Positions 14,481 to 28,200 of a DNA stretch of 64,000 bases are shown piece after piece. The notes under the pieces were generated by a model that was not told the DNA's origin, did not search any database, and was given only the letters and a program-made list of their open reading frames with translations. The DNA is from Sphyrna mokarran (lineage: Eukaryota): NCBI GenBank assembly GCA_024679065.1, contig JAGIQG010000013.1, positions 48,298,001 to 48,362,000 of the forward strand, given 5' to 3'. Both the position numbers and the translations under genes were made by a program. Within the stretch, counting starts at the first letter, position 1; every line of letters begins with the position of its first letter.

Positions 14481-15549
14481 CCACAAACATGGGAATAGCA
14501 TTGATTGGTAAACTGGAATACATCACTTCCAATCATATAAAGATATATCACATTTTAAAATAACCCAATAATTTAAGCACTTCCATTTTTTAAAATTTTC
14601 CAGACATGAGAAAAATGCTTCATCCTCCAGAAATGTCTGATTAGGGAACGGAATCACTGCTAGTCTTTTAGATTTTTTACTATTTCTTTTTAAATTTCAG
14701 TGCATTGCACATTTAGGGAGTCATGAATAAGACATGAAATGTAATGTGTGTAGACCAATTGATGACTTCATCCATGCTCATCTTTGTGAAAGGAATCTAA
14801 AAACTACAGTCAGGCCGTGGTAATCTGATCACATTGTTGTTTCTGGATATCTTAGTAAACAGAGCTGCAGAATTAATCGCACACACAAACCCTATAATAC
14901 GATTATTTCTCCCTCCTACCCCACAACAAAGACCTGGCATATAGGACAGCCTCAATGTGCCAGCCACATTGTCACTCAGGGTACTTACTTGTAGCTTCAT
15001 TGGAATTCAGCTTTCATTAATTCAAATAAGGAGATTGTAGGTTGCACATAACCATTTCCAGCTGATAATTATATCGCATGTATATTGTTGTGTAATAGCT
15101 CTGGCTCAATGAAAGTCAGCAATAACAACAAGCATTAGTGCAAACAGCTTTACCTCTTATTGAAATTAAACAGGAGACAGAGTCTGCTGAGATTTAATCA
15201 TCCTACAATGACAGCACCAGGAAGCATTATCCACACTATAAGCAGAAATAAAAGACTGCACAAATAATCTGCACATCCTGTTAATATTCTTTTATCCTCA
15301 ACACATGAATGACATTTTCACCAGTGACCTGATAAATGGTTGCAATGAAAATGGGAACGGTCATTGCCTTTAAAGTCAGCAAGCTCCCAAACGCCCACTG
15401 AAAGTTTGTTGAATATTGTTGCCATTCTTTTAATAACAAACTGAAGAAATATATGGTGAATTATTCCACACTTCATTGTCCAAAACAAATCTATATTCCA
15501 GAAAGTTGTACATAACTGGCCTAACATCCAACAAAGCTCCTACATTGAA

Positions 15550-15660
15550 AAAGCAAAGCATCACAGATGCTGGAAATCTGATGAAAGGTCATTTGAAGCG
15601 GAAATGTTTTCATTTCTCTCCACAAATGCTGCTGACCTGCTGTTTTACTTTTATTTCAAA
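15550..15660 (+). mobile_element. Penelope-like terminal fragment with hammerhead-like core
   Basis: CTGATGA (15578-15584) ... GAAA (15601-15604) followed by CTCCACAAATGCTGCTGACCTGCTG. Confidence 0.6.
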
Positions 15661-15914
15661 CTCCTATATTACTCCTCAGGATCCCAAAACATTCTGGTTC
15701 ACTAGTCAGTATCCTTCAAGGTGAAATATCTTATTCACTATCCTCTGACATCCTGTATTGCAAACCTCCCTATTATACCAGAAAGCACTGCTGGTTGCAA
15801 ATACCATATTAAAAATAATGAAAGGATACATTTGTGAGGCAGTGAATCACTACAAACACATCAATCTCAGGGTTAGCTGATGAACAAAATCACATAAGTT
15901 TTAGTTTTACAGTC

Positions 15915-16040
15915 AGGTGAAAAGGATAGCCTCGAAAGCTTGTGAATTTACTATCAAATAAATCAGTTGGATTTAAACCTGGTGCTGTCAGACTTCTTGC
16001 TGTGTTTACCCCAGTCCAACGCCGGCATCTCTACATCATA
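15915..16040 (+). mobile_element. Penelope-like terminal fragment (second subfamily)
   Basis: CGAAAGCTTGTGAATT...AAATAAATCAGTTGGATTTAAACCTGGTGCTGTCAGACTTCTT...CCCCAGTCCAACGCCGGCATCTC, a recurrent shark Penelope-like end. Confidence 0.6.
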
Positions 16041-16394
16041 CAAGGTGTGTCATAACTCGGCCAAACAGTTGGAGTATCAACTTGTAAATCCTTCCAACAC
16101 GTAAATGGGAAGTGCTAACAGTAAGAGAAATTTCTAGCCAGCCATGTAATGGAAGAAATTACAGCCTCAAATGTAACGATATAGCAGTCCAGGCTGTAAA
16201 AGTGACTGATTCAATGACTCAGACCTCAAGGGGTGGAGGAGGGATGATAGAGGCAGCTGGATCAGAAGCAGCAGTTGGGTGAATTAAATCCAAATTTACT
16301 CAATTTGGATCTGGGTACAGAAAGGGGAAGCGAGAGATGGAACAAAAGAACAGATGAAGGAAAAAGAACAATGCAAGTCTTTGGGGTAGTCCAA

Positions 16395-16520
16395 TGCGAC
16401 AGTGGTTAGTTAGTAGTGCTGTCTCACAGTGCCAGGAACTGGGGTTCGGTTTCCGGCTTGGGTCAGTGTGTGGAGTCTGCATGTTCTTCCCCTGTCTACA
16501 CGGGTATCCTCCAAGTGCTC
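16395..16520 (+). mobile_element. V-SINE 5' fragment
   Basis: CAGTGGTTAG...GGGTTCGGTTTCC head followed by GTGTGGAGTCTGCATGTTCTTCCCCTGTCT V-core start. Confidence 0.7.
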
Positions 16521-17274
16521 AGACAGCAAATAGAATCTGCATTTGTGAATGAAATGCTCAAGTGCAGCAGATTTTGGAGTGTTGAGAGTTACATATTAAA
16601 TATTTGTCACTGATGAAGAAGATGGCACTGCTCAGCATTGCTGTGCCTGAAACAAGGACGATCATTAAATAGAAGAAAGTCATTGATATCAAAAAGATGC
16701 TAAAATGAAACGGTGCTGTACACTCTATGGCACCATTTGTTGTGCAGACAATAAGATAAAAGGTGGTATAGTTACAACTGACAAAAAATGGCACAACTCA
16801 AGATTAAAGCAAATGAAAGAATCATCTCAAAATTGCACCATATAAAAATTAGGTTTAATAGTTACTGATAATAGAAGTAGTCAAATCAGTTACAAAATAG
16901 ATAAAATGTTGCATATAAGCAAAGATGATGGTAAAATTAATCAGTTGTATTCATATCTTCACCCTCTTGTTGGAGAATAGCTTGCAGTCATGGAAGGGTT
17001 CACAGCTTGGCACGTGAGATATTGATTCCCCTCAGTGGGCATATGCTTACTGTACTAGTCAACAGGATTTGATTTTCCAAGCACCAATATCTCACGCATT
17101 AAGACTGGGTGTATCCATGCCTCTTGATACATGGAAATGTGCACATCTATGTCATGCACATCTTTTCATTTTCAGTCATCCACACTGTCACTTTGACAGA
17201 GTAATTCAGATAGTCTTTCCCAATTCATCAGCTCATGAAACCCACCTTCATATTTGAATTATCTCTGGACTTTT

Positions 17275-17450
17275 TTATAATTCATTTGTGAGACATGGGT
17301 GTCACTGGCTGGCCAGCATTTATTGTCTATCTCTAGTTGCCCTTGTTCAGAGAGCAGTTGAAAGTCAACCACGTTGCTGTGGCGCCAGTGTCACACATAG
17401 GCCAGACCAGGTAAGAACAATGGGTTTCTTTCCCTAAAGGACATCATTTA
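17275..17450 (-). mobile_element. 3' half of non-V tRNA-SINE
   Basis: Matches the 3' portion of the copy at 43205-43530 (CTTACCTGGTCTGGCC...GGGCAAC...AATAAATGCTGGCCAGCCAGTGACACCCATG). Confidence 0.75.
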
Positions 17451-17529
17451 TTAAATTTATTATTGTCACTAATAGGTTCACATTAACACACAATGAAGTT
17501 ACCGTGAAAATCCCCTAATTGAACTCCTT

Positions 17530-18575
17530 TATTCAGAAGGGTGGGAGACAAAGTGGGAAACTATAGGACAGTTAACCTTACAGGAAAAATGCTGGAAGCT
17601 ACAATTAAAAAGCATTACAGAAGGGCATTTGAAAAGCTTAAGGTGATCAGGCAGAACCCCAACATGCTTTTGTGAAAGGGAAATTATTTTTAACAAACTT
17701 ATTGGAGTTCTTTGAAGAAATAACCTGTGATATGGATAAAGGAGAATTGGTGAGATTTCCAGAAAACATCTGATAAAGATACTTGCAGAAAATAAGGTCA
17801 TAGACTGGGGGGAACAACATGTTTGCATGTATAGAAGATTGACTGACTAACAGGAAACAAAGAGCAAGCGGGTATCTTTCAGGTTGGCAAGATGTAATGT
17901 AACAAGTGGTATGTCACAGGAATCCGTGCTGAGACAACTGTTCACAATTTTATGAATTACTTACACAAAGGGATTGAAGACATAATTGGCTCATTTGTCT
18001 ATGACATAAAGGTGGGTAGGAATGAAAGTAGTAAAGAGGACAAAATAAACCTACAAAAGGATATAGGTAGGACAAAGATCTGGCAAATGGCGTGCAGTGT
18101 GGAAAGTGTGAAATTGTCCATTTTGCCAGGAAGATTTTTTTTTTTTAAAAAGCACATTATCCAAATGGTGAGAGATTGCAGAGCTCTACAGGCCAAAGGG
18201 ATCTACATGCCTGAGACCATGAGTTAAAAGGGTAGTATGTAGTTACAGTAAGTAATTGGGAAAAGTAGTTGAATGGTGTAATTTATTGTGAGGGGAATTG
18301 AGAACAAAAGTAGGAAAGTAATGCATCAGTTATAGAGGCATTAGTGAGACCACATTTGGAACATTTAACAATATTGGTCACCTTATTTAAAGGAATAACG
18401 CAAATACATTGGAAATAATTCAGATAAGGTTTGGTTTGCCTTATGAAGAAAGGTTAGACATGCTAGGCTTCGATCTGATGGAGTTGTGAGAATAAGAGAC
18501 AAACTGATTGAAACGTAGAAGATTCTGAGGTTCTTTGTTTTTTGAATGGCAGAGCAGGATCAAGAGGCTGACTGG
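17530..18575 (+). mobile_element. Decayed CR1 ORF2 fragment
   Basis: GNYRTVNLT, QHAFVKG, VTSGMSQESVL, IWQMACSVE, LVRPHLEH and a CR1-type GAATGGCAGAGCAGG end; many indels. Confidence 0.8.
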
Positions 18576-18865
18576 GGCAGCTCACCTGCACACAATGGTT
18601 AGCACTGCTTCTTCACAGCACCGGAACCCAGGTTCGATTCCCAGCTTGGGTGACTGGTTGTGTGGAGTTTGCACATTCTCCCCGTGTCTGTGGCGGGGGT
18701 TTCCTCCCACAGTCCAAAGATGTGCTGGTTAGTTGAACTGGCCATGGTAAGTTCTCCCTCAGTGTGTCCAAACAGGTGCCAGAGTGTGGCAACTAGGGGA
18801 TTTTCACAGTAACTTCATTGCGTGTTAACGTAAGCCTACTTGTGTCAAATAAAATAAACTTTATT
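18575..18865 (+). mobile_element. HE1-like V-SINE (tail type B, Rex1-like)
   Basis: Head TGGTTAGCACTGCT...GGTTCGATTCCC, V-core, tail CAGTAACTTCATTGCGTGTTAACGTAAGCCTACTTGTGTCAAATAAA. Confidence 0.9.
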
Positions 18866-20209
18866 TTGTTGCTCCATATACCCCTGTCATCTACGTTTCT
18901 GTATTTCAGCCTCTTCCACCATTTTCTATAATGGACAGGTTTTCCAACATTGCAAAAATTCAGGCATCTATCAGGTCAATATTCAGGACAGGTGCTTGAA
19001 GGAAAAGGATCTGGAAGAGGGCAGTTAACTATGATTAGAACTGTTTGTTTACATTAAAAGAGATGATGCTGTGATTTTGGTTTGCAGTTCATAGCTATAA
19101 TGCAAAGTTGTGGATGAAAGAATCAAAACTGAGATACTGTTCCTCACTGGGAGCAAGTAAGCACCCACAAAAGATCACTGAGATATTCAATATTCAAAAC
19201 AATGTCAAAAAAATAAAATCAACCGGACCCTTGATGCTTTTCTAATTAAAAAGTTTGATATGTTGTCAATTATTGTGAAAAAAAATTGATCTCAAAAGTC
19301 GTAATTAACACAATTTATAACTGGAAAATCAAGACACCACTTTCATTAAATCATCACTTGAGGTCAGGCTGCAAGTTGTACACCCATCACTATATTGGTA
19401 TATTGATGGAGTTCTAGCAAGTGTCAATACAGTAGCAACAAGGTCATGATTTCAAGTGCCAGCAATCACATATATTCTGATCCAGCCACAGGCTCGAGCC
19501 ATAGATCTCAGGCATCAATTTCAATAGTGCAACAAGACACAATTGGTTATAATTTACAATCGGAACAAATATTCAGAGAATTTTAACTCTTAGAATTCCA
19601 ACAGGTCCAAGATGATGTCAAAAACTGATATAATGCTGATTAATTTCGAAGTACAATAAGAATAATCTCTAATGTCCTCATGGCATAGCGTACAAAAATG
19701 TTTAAAAGCCAATACAATAGGGATTTTATGCACTTGAACGATAAACATAACTGGGACAATTTTTTGCCATGGCTTCATGTAATAAAGTGGGAAAGGGTGT
19801 GAAAAAACAAGGATGTTCAATCAATAATGCACTGGTTATGTTTTTTGAACGTGTTCTTCCATCAATTATGGACAAAAAGCTAAAAATGTAAGTAGAATAT
19901 ACGCCATGTTACTGGCAGTTTAACCAGTCTCCTGCAAGAGTTACAATGGGAGAGAGAAGTCTTGTAGTACTTCAGGGTCACAAAGCCCTGCAAAATAAAA
20001 GCAGAATTACTTTAGAAAGATACCTTGTTCATTCTATTTTCAATGTATTGTATTCTGGGAGAAACTTGCAAAGAGAGGTAAGATAGTCAGATAGCACGTT
20101 TACAGTATTATCACTTTCAGCACCATATCAGCGAACACATATCAGCCATGATATGGAGCTCCGATTGCTTTTCCCTTCCTCCTCAAATTGCAGCAACTCA
20201 ACTTTATTT

Positions 20210-20565
20210 ATTAATTTTTTTCATGGAATGTGGTGTCTCTGCTATAATCCCCACAGCAATTGTCCTTGAGCAGAGTGCCTTGCTGGGCCATTTCAGAGGG
20301 TAACCACATTGCTGAGAGTTTAGAGTTACATAGTAAGACAGACCAGTGAAGGACAGCAGGCTGCCTTCCCTGAAGCTCAGTGAACCAGAGGGGTTTTTAT
20401 GACAACCAACTCCATAGCCACCATTATCGAAACTGGCTGTATATTCCAGATTTATTCATTGATTTTAAATTCCAACAGCTTTCCTCATAGGATTTGAACC
20501 CAGATCCACAGAGCAATAGCCAGAGCCTGTGGATAACTCGTCCAGAAACATAATGGCACTGTCTC
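20210..20565 (-). mobile_element. Non-V tRNA-derived SINE
   Basis: Minus strand: head with GGGTTCAAATCC B-box, core CTGGTTCACTGAGCTTCAGGGAAGGCAGCC, colinear with 43205-43530. Confidence 0.75.
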
Positions 20566-21475
20566 TCCAAAATCTCCCAAGTACAAATCAGCCAACACGC
20601 TGACTGGAATCAAATCTGTTCCATATAATTGTCAGTCTATTAGAAGAATTGGATATAACAGTTCCATTCATTGAGCAGTGTTGTCAGTACACTCAATTCA
20701 CCGTTGTTTCCAGGCAAAGTAATAAAAATAGAAATATTAGAACTTGGAGCTTCTGGTCTGCCACAGCTAGATATGCACACAAATATAACATTTACATTTA
20801 ACTTTCAAATTGTAAATTTAATAAAGTTCACCACAAAATTTATTAACATAACTAGCAGAATTGATTTGGGGAATTGAGAGTCAATTTTGATACAAGATTG
20901 GCATCTAAAGGAAATTGGAGTCAAAGTATCTATACTTTAACAGCATGTCTGGAACAAAGGGGTTCATCTGGATATCTCCTTTCCTTTTACTCCTTCCTCT
21001 GCAGTCTTGTGCTCCATTTCCAAATCGCACTGTAGCCCAAGAGAAAATGCAACACTAGATCCTATTGTCCTAAAGACTGCTGTGTATGTGCACATTTACA
21101 GGATATTATTCGTGTGCAACCATCTGGGTCCCCGCACAGAAAGCTGCCAAATGCAGCACAGTCTCACTCACACCTGAGCTTTAATGAGGGATATCAACTA
21201 TAGCAGAACACATACAGTTTGGAGTGTTTAAGAGAGGGCGTTAAAGGCTTGCATAGTCCAAAATGGTAGATTGCATGTCAAATCAACTTGAGACGCTGTT
21301 TGACATCTTGATCTATCTATTCTGCATGTTTCCAGCACTCGTTCCAGCACTAGGCCCATGTGAGCAGTTAGAAAACATGACATGGGTCACATTAGATTTG
21401 ACCAGAATCATTCTAGTTGTCATTATTTCACTTCAGAGACCAGCACTACAGAGCCCAACTTAGCAAGCTGCAGAA

Positions 21476-22498
21476 CCATAGAACATAGAACACTAGAGCA
21501 CAAACAGGCTCTTGAGCCCACAAGTTGCGCTTATCATATCTATACTTACCAGGCCATAGAACTATCTGTAACTCCCAACCCCATTAAATCCCACGTAGTC
21601 ATCCAGAAGTCTTTTAAAAGACCCCAGCGAGTTCACCTCTACCACCACTGATGGCAACCAATTCCATTCACTCACCACCGTCAGTGAAAAACTTACCTCT
21701 AACATCTCCTCTGTACTTACCCGCCAGCACCTTAAACCTGTGTCCTCTTGAAGCGACCATTTCAGCCCTGGGAAATAGCCTCCGAGAATCCACCCTATCT
21801 ATTCCTCTCAACATCTTATAAACCTCTATCAGGTCACCTCTCAACCTTTGTCTCTCCAGGGGAGGAGAGACCTAGCTCTCTCAACCCATCTTCATAAGGC
21901 ATGCCCCCCCAATCCAGGCAACATCCTTGTAAATCTCCTCTGCACCCTCTCAATAGCTTCCACATCCTTCCTATACTGAGGTGACCAGAACTGCACACAA
22001 TAGTCCAAATGGGGTCTGACAAGGGTCTTATAAAGTTGCAGCATTACCTCCCAACTCCTAAACTCAATCCCTCTATTAATGAAGGCCAGTACACCATACG
22101 CCTTCTTGACCACATCCTCCACTTGCGGGGCAGATTTAAGAGTCCTATGGACCTGGACCCCAAGATCCTTCTGCTCCTCAACACTGCCAAGACTCCTACC
22201 CTTGATATTATACTCCTTCATCCCATTGATCCTGCCAAAATGGACCACCACACATTTATCCGCGTTGAAGTCCATCTGCCACTTCTCTGCCCAGCCTTGC
22301 ATCCTATGTCTCACTGCAACTTCAGACATCCCTCCAGACTATCCACAACACCACCATCCTTCGTATCGGTGGCAAACTTACTAACCCATCCCTCCACTTC
22401 CTCATCCAGGTCATTTATGAAAATGACAAACAGCAAGGGTCCTAGAACAGATCCGTAGGGCACTCCACTGGTGACTGACCTCCAAGCAGAAGCCTCAC
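21476..22498 (-). mobile_element. CR1 LINE 3' fragment (RT C-terminal part + tail)
   Basis: ORFs 22311..22721 ([24 protein letters not shown]...KFATDTK) and 21892..22329 (WQMDFNADKC...LVRPHLDYCVQFWSP); (TTCTATG)2 tail. Confidence 0.95.
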
Positions 22499-22863
22499 AG
22501 TGCAGAGGAAGATCATTGAGTCCATCAAGTCTGCGCTGACTCTCCGAAAGAAAGGATAGATAAAGAGACAGAGTATAGTATAGAAGGAGAGACAGGTAAA
22601 GTTTTAAAAGATTTTTTGAAAAATATGCAACAGTTAAAATCTGAAGGAATGATAATCCACACTTCAAAGTAACAAGGTTTTTTGACAATAATCCGTACTT
22701 ATGGCACCATTGAAAGTTCACATATTTGAATCAACAAACCTTAGCAACCAAACAGTCCAAACACACCAAATTTCATGGTCTCCATTTTAATGTTACTGCT
22801 GAGGTACTCAGCATTACAACGTAGTAACATTTTTGGAGGGCAGCAAATTCCTGATTTGAGTTT

Positions 22864-23158
22864 CATAGAATCCCTACAATGCAGAAGGTTATTCGACCAA
22901 TTGAACCTGCACTGACAATAATCCCATCCAGTAACCCCATGCATTTAGCTTGCTAATCCCCCTGACACTAAGGGGAAATTTAGCATGGCCAATCAGTCCA
23001 ACCCTCACATCTTTGGACTGTGGGAGGAAACTGGAGCACCCGGAGGAAACCCATATAGACATGAGGAGATCCTGCAAACTCCATACAGTCACTCGGGACT
23101 GGGATTGAGCTTGGGTCCCTGGTGCTGTGAGGCAACAGTGCTAACTATTGTGCTGCCC
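22864..23158 (-). mobile_element. HE1-like V-SINE (tail type A, CR1-like)
   Basis: V-core GGGTTTCCTCCGGGTGCTCCAGTTTCCTCCCACAGTCCAAAGATGTG; tail TGCATTGTAGGGATTCTATG. Confidence 0.9.
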
Positions 23159-24104
23159 ATTTAACTAGCAACGTGCAGAAGTTGATGTCACATTTACTCC
23201 TTAATAAGAATGAACACTGATAGCTTCATTGTAGTAATAAAAGCAAAGTGCAGGCAATTTATTACAAAGAGAACAAGAATGGAATAAATTGGGTCAGGTT
23301 GAAAAAGTTACATGGGGAAACATTTATGTAAGTGTGATAAAAAAGTTTAATAAAACTTTATTTTTTGCTGAACTCAAAGTATTCGAAGTATTGGTCCTCT
23401 CTCTTTCCCTTAGATATTGATTTCCCTTTTTTCCCTCTCTCATTCCAATCTGATTCCCAGCTCAAATGATTTTCATTTACTTCTGCCCACTACATTTGTA
23501 CAAAAGTTTCTTCATCTTTTGCTCCTCTGCCAGTATAATAGTCACTTTGTTCTGAGTAATGCACCCAGAACAACAGATTTACAAATTTCTGAACAAGTCA
23601 CATGGCATTCCGCCTTCAGAAAGGCCTTCAAGGAAGAAAGGTCATGTGGAGCAATCATTACTAATCGACTAATTTTCACCAGCGCTTGATGTCTTACACA
23701 AATATTTAAATGGAGCAATAGCAAAGCCTTCTAATGCTGCAATATTTATAGAAAGCATGAGAAAGAAGTAGCAACTAAAATTATCTATGATCTAACACAA
23801 TTGCCTACGGCAATGGTCACAAGCAAAGCCTTCAGCTATAACCACTTTCATACTGTGCTCAGACTATTGGCTCGTGTGCAAAGCTGGATGTTCTTAATGG
23901 TCATTGCTGTTCGGTGCTTTGTATCTGCTGTGCATCTGTCACCTGACATCATTGCATGATGCAACTTCACTGTGTCAGCACACAAGGCAAAAGGTTGGCT
24001 CTGAGTATGTTCTTCACTAATACATGTTGCGTTGGTCAACATTATTGCTAAGATCATGACACCAAAAATTGTTGAGGCACAGGGACCGAAGAATCCAGAG
24101 CTCA

Positions 24105-24240
24105 TACCTAGAAACGTAGGAAATAGTAGTAGGCGTAGGCCATTTGGCCCTTTGAGTCTGGTTAGCCTTCAGCCCACAGCTCTTGAGGATCAAGAGCTAT
24201 ACCTAATATCTTCTTGAAATCCCATAACGTTCTGGCCATT
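24105..24240 (-). mobile_element. Short CR1 3'-tail fragment
   Basis: AGTAGGCGTAGGCCATTTGGCCCTTTGAG and TAATATCTTCTTGAAATC, the same as the start of the 6168 copy. Confidence 0.6.
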
Positions 24241-25054
24241 GAAACAACACACACGATGCACATGTGCAGATTATTGGGATTACAAATGAAAACTGTCCTA
24301 CATGGACACCACTAACTGTAAAATCAGTTCATGTGAAATCAAAGCTGCTTGGTGCGCATTGTGAAATACCTGCCTGTATTTTCTTCTCCTCCAGACCCCA
24401 CTCTCTCCAAAGAACACTGACAGCAGATATGATAGAGTTGAGCAATTTTACTACAAAAAGCACACAAAAGAATCTGCTGATAACGAATCATGAAATTTTC
24501 CTGACCAAGTGACCAATCATGAAATGCTGCCATGCAATACTGTACTTAACTGAGTGCTGGCCTTTGAAAATTAAACAAGTCAGTTCAAGACAAATGGTTC
24601 TGCCATTTCTTTAATATCTTCTGCCACATGAGCACTTATTCACACTTTAGTAGACCAGACTTTAGAAAGAAACATCTGTGGAATATTAATGATTTCCAGT
24701 TACTGGTTATTATTAGTGATTCAATTAGGATACAAATTCCTGATTGCATTTTGAGCAGCTATAGCGTTATGTAGAGATTGAGGTATTGTTCACACAGCCA
24801 TTCCCACTAAAATCTCAGTATGTGTGTAAATCTATAAAGCAGAGGGAGTTCTCACTGCACCCCGAGCTGAAGAATTTAAAAGGGCTACATCCTCTGCTGC
24901 ACGCCATTGAAAAAGATCTGAAACAGAACCATTCCTGGAAAAATTCTCATCTGTATACACACAAATTCGGAAATACAAAAGGATGTGTTTTTGTGAATAC
25001 TTTTATTGACTAACTACTATTGATCTACTTTTTAGGAGGCTAAATATATTCAGC

Positions 25055-25572
25055 ACATCTGCTACGACTCAATTTTTTTTTAAAACAGACGCACTACAGA
25101 CAGCATCCTTTCTGGGTGTACCAAAGTTTAGTATGGCTCCAGCTCTTACAAAGCTACAAGAAAATACAAACGTATTCCAAACCATCCTCCATCCACAAAA
25201 CAGCCTCCCATCCACTGACTCTGGCTACACTTCCCTACTGCTTCGGGAAAGCAGCCAGCATAATCATGTACCCCATGCATCCCAGACATCTTCTCCTTCC
25301 TGATGGAAAAAGATACACAAGTCTGAGGTCACATACCAACTGACTCTAGAATAGCTTCTCCCCGCTGCCATTAGATTTTGAATGGACCTACCTTTTATCA
25401 AGCTGATCTTTCTTTACATCCCAGCTATATCTTTTACAATACATTATGCATCCTGTCCTTTCCTATTCCCCTATGTATTCTACAAACGGCATGCTTTGTC
25501 TGTATAGCATGCAAGAAACAATACTTTCACTACATTCCAATACATGTGACAATAATAAATCAAATCAAACTG
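25055..25572 (+). mobile_element. Rex1/Babar-like LINE 3' fragment
   Basis: Colinear with 11100-11610 (CTTCGGGAAAGCAGCCAGCATAATC, GAGGTCACATACCAAC, AATAATAAATCAAATCAAA). Confidence 0.85.
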
Positions 25573-26324
25573 AACTGAGACAAAGAATTTGTAAGCAATT
25601 CCACAGTTCTTTCCTAACTACTTCCCGTGAACAGAATAACCAGTCGATTCCAATAGAAATCTAAGCTATGATCAAACATTGAGTTTGCACGTTTCCTTTT
25701 GAAAGATGATTTTCCATGTATTTAACTCAAGCATACAAAAGGGGTTTGTGGTAGCAATCTGATTGTATCCTTACTATCTATTAGATAATAAAACTGCTGA
25801 GTAAATCACAGCATCATTTTCAAAATACATTTGAAAGTTGTGCGTCAGGTTATTTGTATTGTAAATTCAATTTTACAGATAACAATTGTTTGGTGTAGCT
25901 GTTATGCATCCAAATGCTGTTGACGTCTTTTTTTAAAACCTCACAACATTAGTTGCTCACATATTAGAGTATGATATGAGAGTTAATATTCAGAATAAAT
26001 ACCATCAACCACTAATAATAAAAGCAAAGTTGTGTCTGCATGCAGCAGCAGGCTCTGGTCACCTAGCCTCACTGGAGAAGCCCAATTAGGCAGCCTTCTG
26101 TCAGCCAGTAGCCACTTTACCATCAATAAGATGGCGTAATCCGAGGGCAACTACTGATTCAAGCCATCACCCTCTCCAGTGTCCATGGTTGGCATGTGCC
26201 CTCTTTTGCCTGCTGTTCACTGGCTCGCTCCCTCTGCTCGGTGGGATTGAGATACATTGTGCACGTCAATTTGAAAATTGCAGCTTGGACCTTCATACTA
26301 CCTACGAAGAGAGTTGACATTCTT

Positions 26325-26490
26325 CTTGTGATGCTCACCTCTTTACACTCTAGTTATGACTGTAATACTGCATTCTGCACTCTCTCCTTTCCTTTTCTTT
26401 GTACAGTATGCTTCATTTGTATAGCGCACAAGAAATAATACCTTTCACTGTATTTTAATTCACCTGATAATAATAAATCAAATCCAAACC
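26325..26490 (+). mobile_element. Rex1/Babar-like LINE 3' UTR fragment
   Basis: TATGACTGTAATACTGCATTCTGCACTCTC...CTTTCACTGTATT...AATAATAAATCAAATC, matching the tails at 11460-11610 and 25400-25572. Confidence 0.75.
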
Positions 26491-27949
26491 TTCACATCAA
26501 AAGGCTGGATTCCTTGGCAGCAGCAGCCCTTTCTTCAATGGTTGCATGTTCTCTACACCATAAGGAGCTATCCTTTGGACTCTGACTGCAATTTCTACCT
26601 CACTTTCCAGACCTTCTCCTCCATTCAATCCCATAATGGCTCCAATTTCTCTCCCTCTACAATGATCAGTTCTTTCGATAACCTCTTAGTCTTTTCTTTT
26701 GTGCAAGGCCACATATTTGCCTCACCCACACACAGCTTCTCTGGTGATATTAGTTCTCAAGGGAGTTTGTCAATCCTGTCAAAGTCACAACAGATCAGGA
26801 AAACCATGGAAATTCCAGGTAAACTGTGGATAACATTAACCTTCAATACACTTTCCAAATGATTTAGTAAGTTACAATAAAGGAAGAACAGGTTCACTTC
26901 ACGGGGAAAAGAATATCATGGGTTCTTCTGCAGCTACGTCACTGACTGACAGCACGGACAGGCAATAGCTCCTTGAGAAGCACAGGAATGAAGTGAAGGT
27001 TTTTACCAAGAATCACAGACAAATGCGACCATATTGTCACACTGAAGCTCCTGATTCACAGTGCACCGTACCACAGAGTGCACGGCACTGTCAATGGATA
27101 CAGAACAAAGAAATTCCTTCCTCCTCCAATTCTGCCAACTTGCACAATATTAGGACAAAAGGGGAACTTTGACATCATCCATTTAGTTATTTTGAGGCCA
27201 TTAGACAAAACATTTTCAGACACATTTCTGGCCTCAAGCAACCAGAACACAAAGCTGTTGTGTTTTGGCAACAACAGCAGGAAGCCTAAGGTACAAAACT
27301 GGCATTCAGATGCAAATGAGGCTTCTTCGAATGGACAGAGATTAATTAATTCTGCATCTAGTACCAAAAGAAACAAATCCAGAGCAAGTTTATTTACAAC
27401 TAAAATCATGAGTTCCTTACGGTACACTGCCTATGGCTTGCAGCAAGTTTGCAAGCAAAATATTACTTGTGTATAGACTAACAACTAAGCCAAATGGTGG
27501 TTCCCTGCATTGCAATTAATATTTATGCTAATAAAGGGGATTAAAACTGAAATTTGCATACAAATGAAATACCAGTAGAAATTGATTTACAACAATGATT
27601 AAAGTATGCAGATATGCAAACACAGTATGAATACAATACTGCGCAGAGTGGTTCAGTACTGATCTAATTTATTATCATTACCTCCATAAGTGCCCAACAG
27701 TTTAATTTTCTAGTTTACATCAGTTTGAGCTGCTGTAATAAAGAATAAATTATAACAGCGTAACGTAGTTTTGGTATAATCATCAAGAATTCCCCAAGAG
27801 GTCCAAAACACACTGCGACTCTCAATTTTATGGTTCACAAATTTATTTTGTGTTGAAGTTTCTTCAACTCAGCGTCGTTGAGATGGGATGCTTAATTTGC
27901 TGTTGAATACATGTTCAGTGAAAACAAAATTCATCCAAAGAAAGGAAAG

Positions 27950-28200
27950 AAATCATTTGCATTTACGTAAAGCACTTACAATGCACTATTATCAATCAAC
28001 TGCTTTTGAAATAATCCGTTTGATGACAAAGTTTACAGACAGTCAGGTCCCACAAACATCACTGTGCTAATGAGCAGATAATCTATTTTTGTTGGTTGAA
28101 GAATAAACAGTGGCCTGGACACCAGGTAGAACCTTGGTGGACAGGGCTATCTGGGGAGCAGACAGAGCCTCCGTTTGACTTATCAGAAAGATATCACACT
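27950..28200 (-). mobile_element. Deu-SINE (SacSINE1/AmnSINE1-like) remnant
   Basis: Minus strand GGTGTCCAGGCCACTGTTTATTCTTCAACCAAC...AGATTATCTGCTCATTA...GTTTGTGGGACC resembles the Deu-domain as I recall it. Confidence 0.6.

Noticed and set aside
19880-19990. Strong minus-strand acceptor followed by LCDPEVLQDFSLPL*, a possible terminal exon
   Set aside because: The nearest upstream donor would give an implausible intron of about 36 nt, and the peptide is not recognised.
27056-27476. Overlapping 123-aa and 132-aa ORFs on opposite strands in unique DNA
   Set aside because: Both use non-ATG starts, show no recognisable motif and have no convincing splice sites; consistent with chance.
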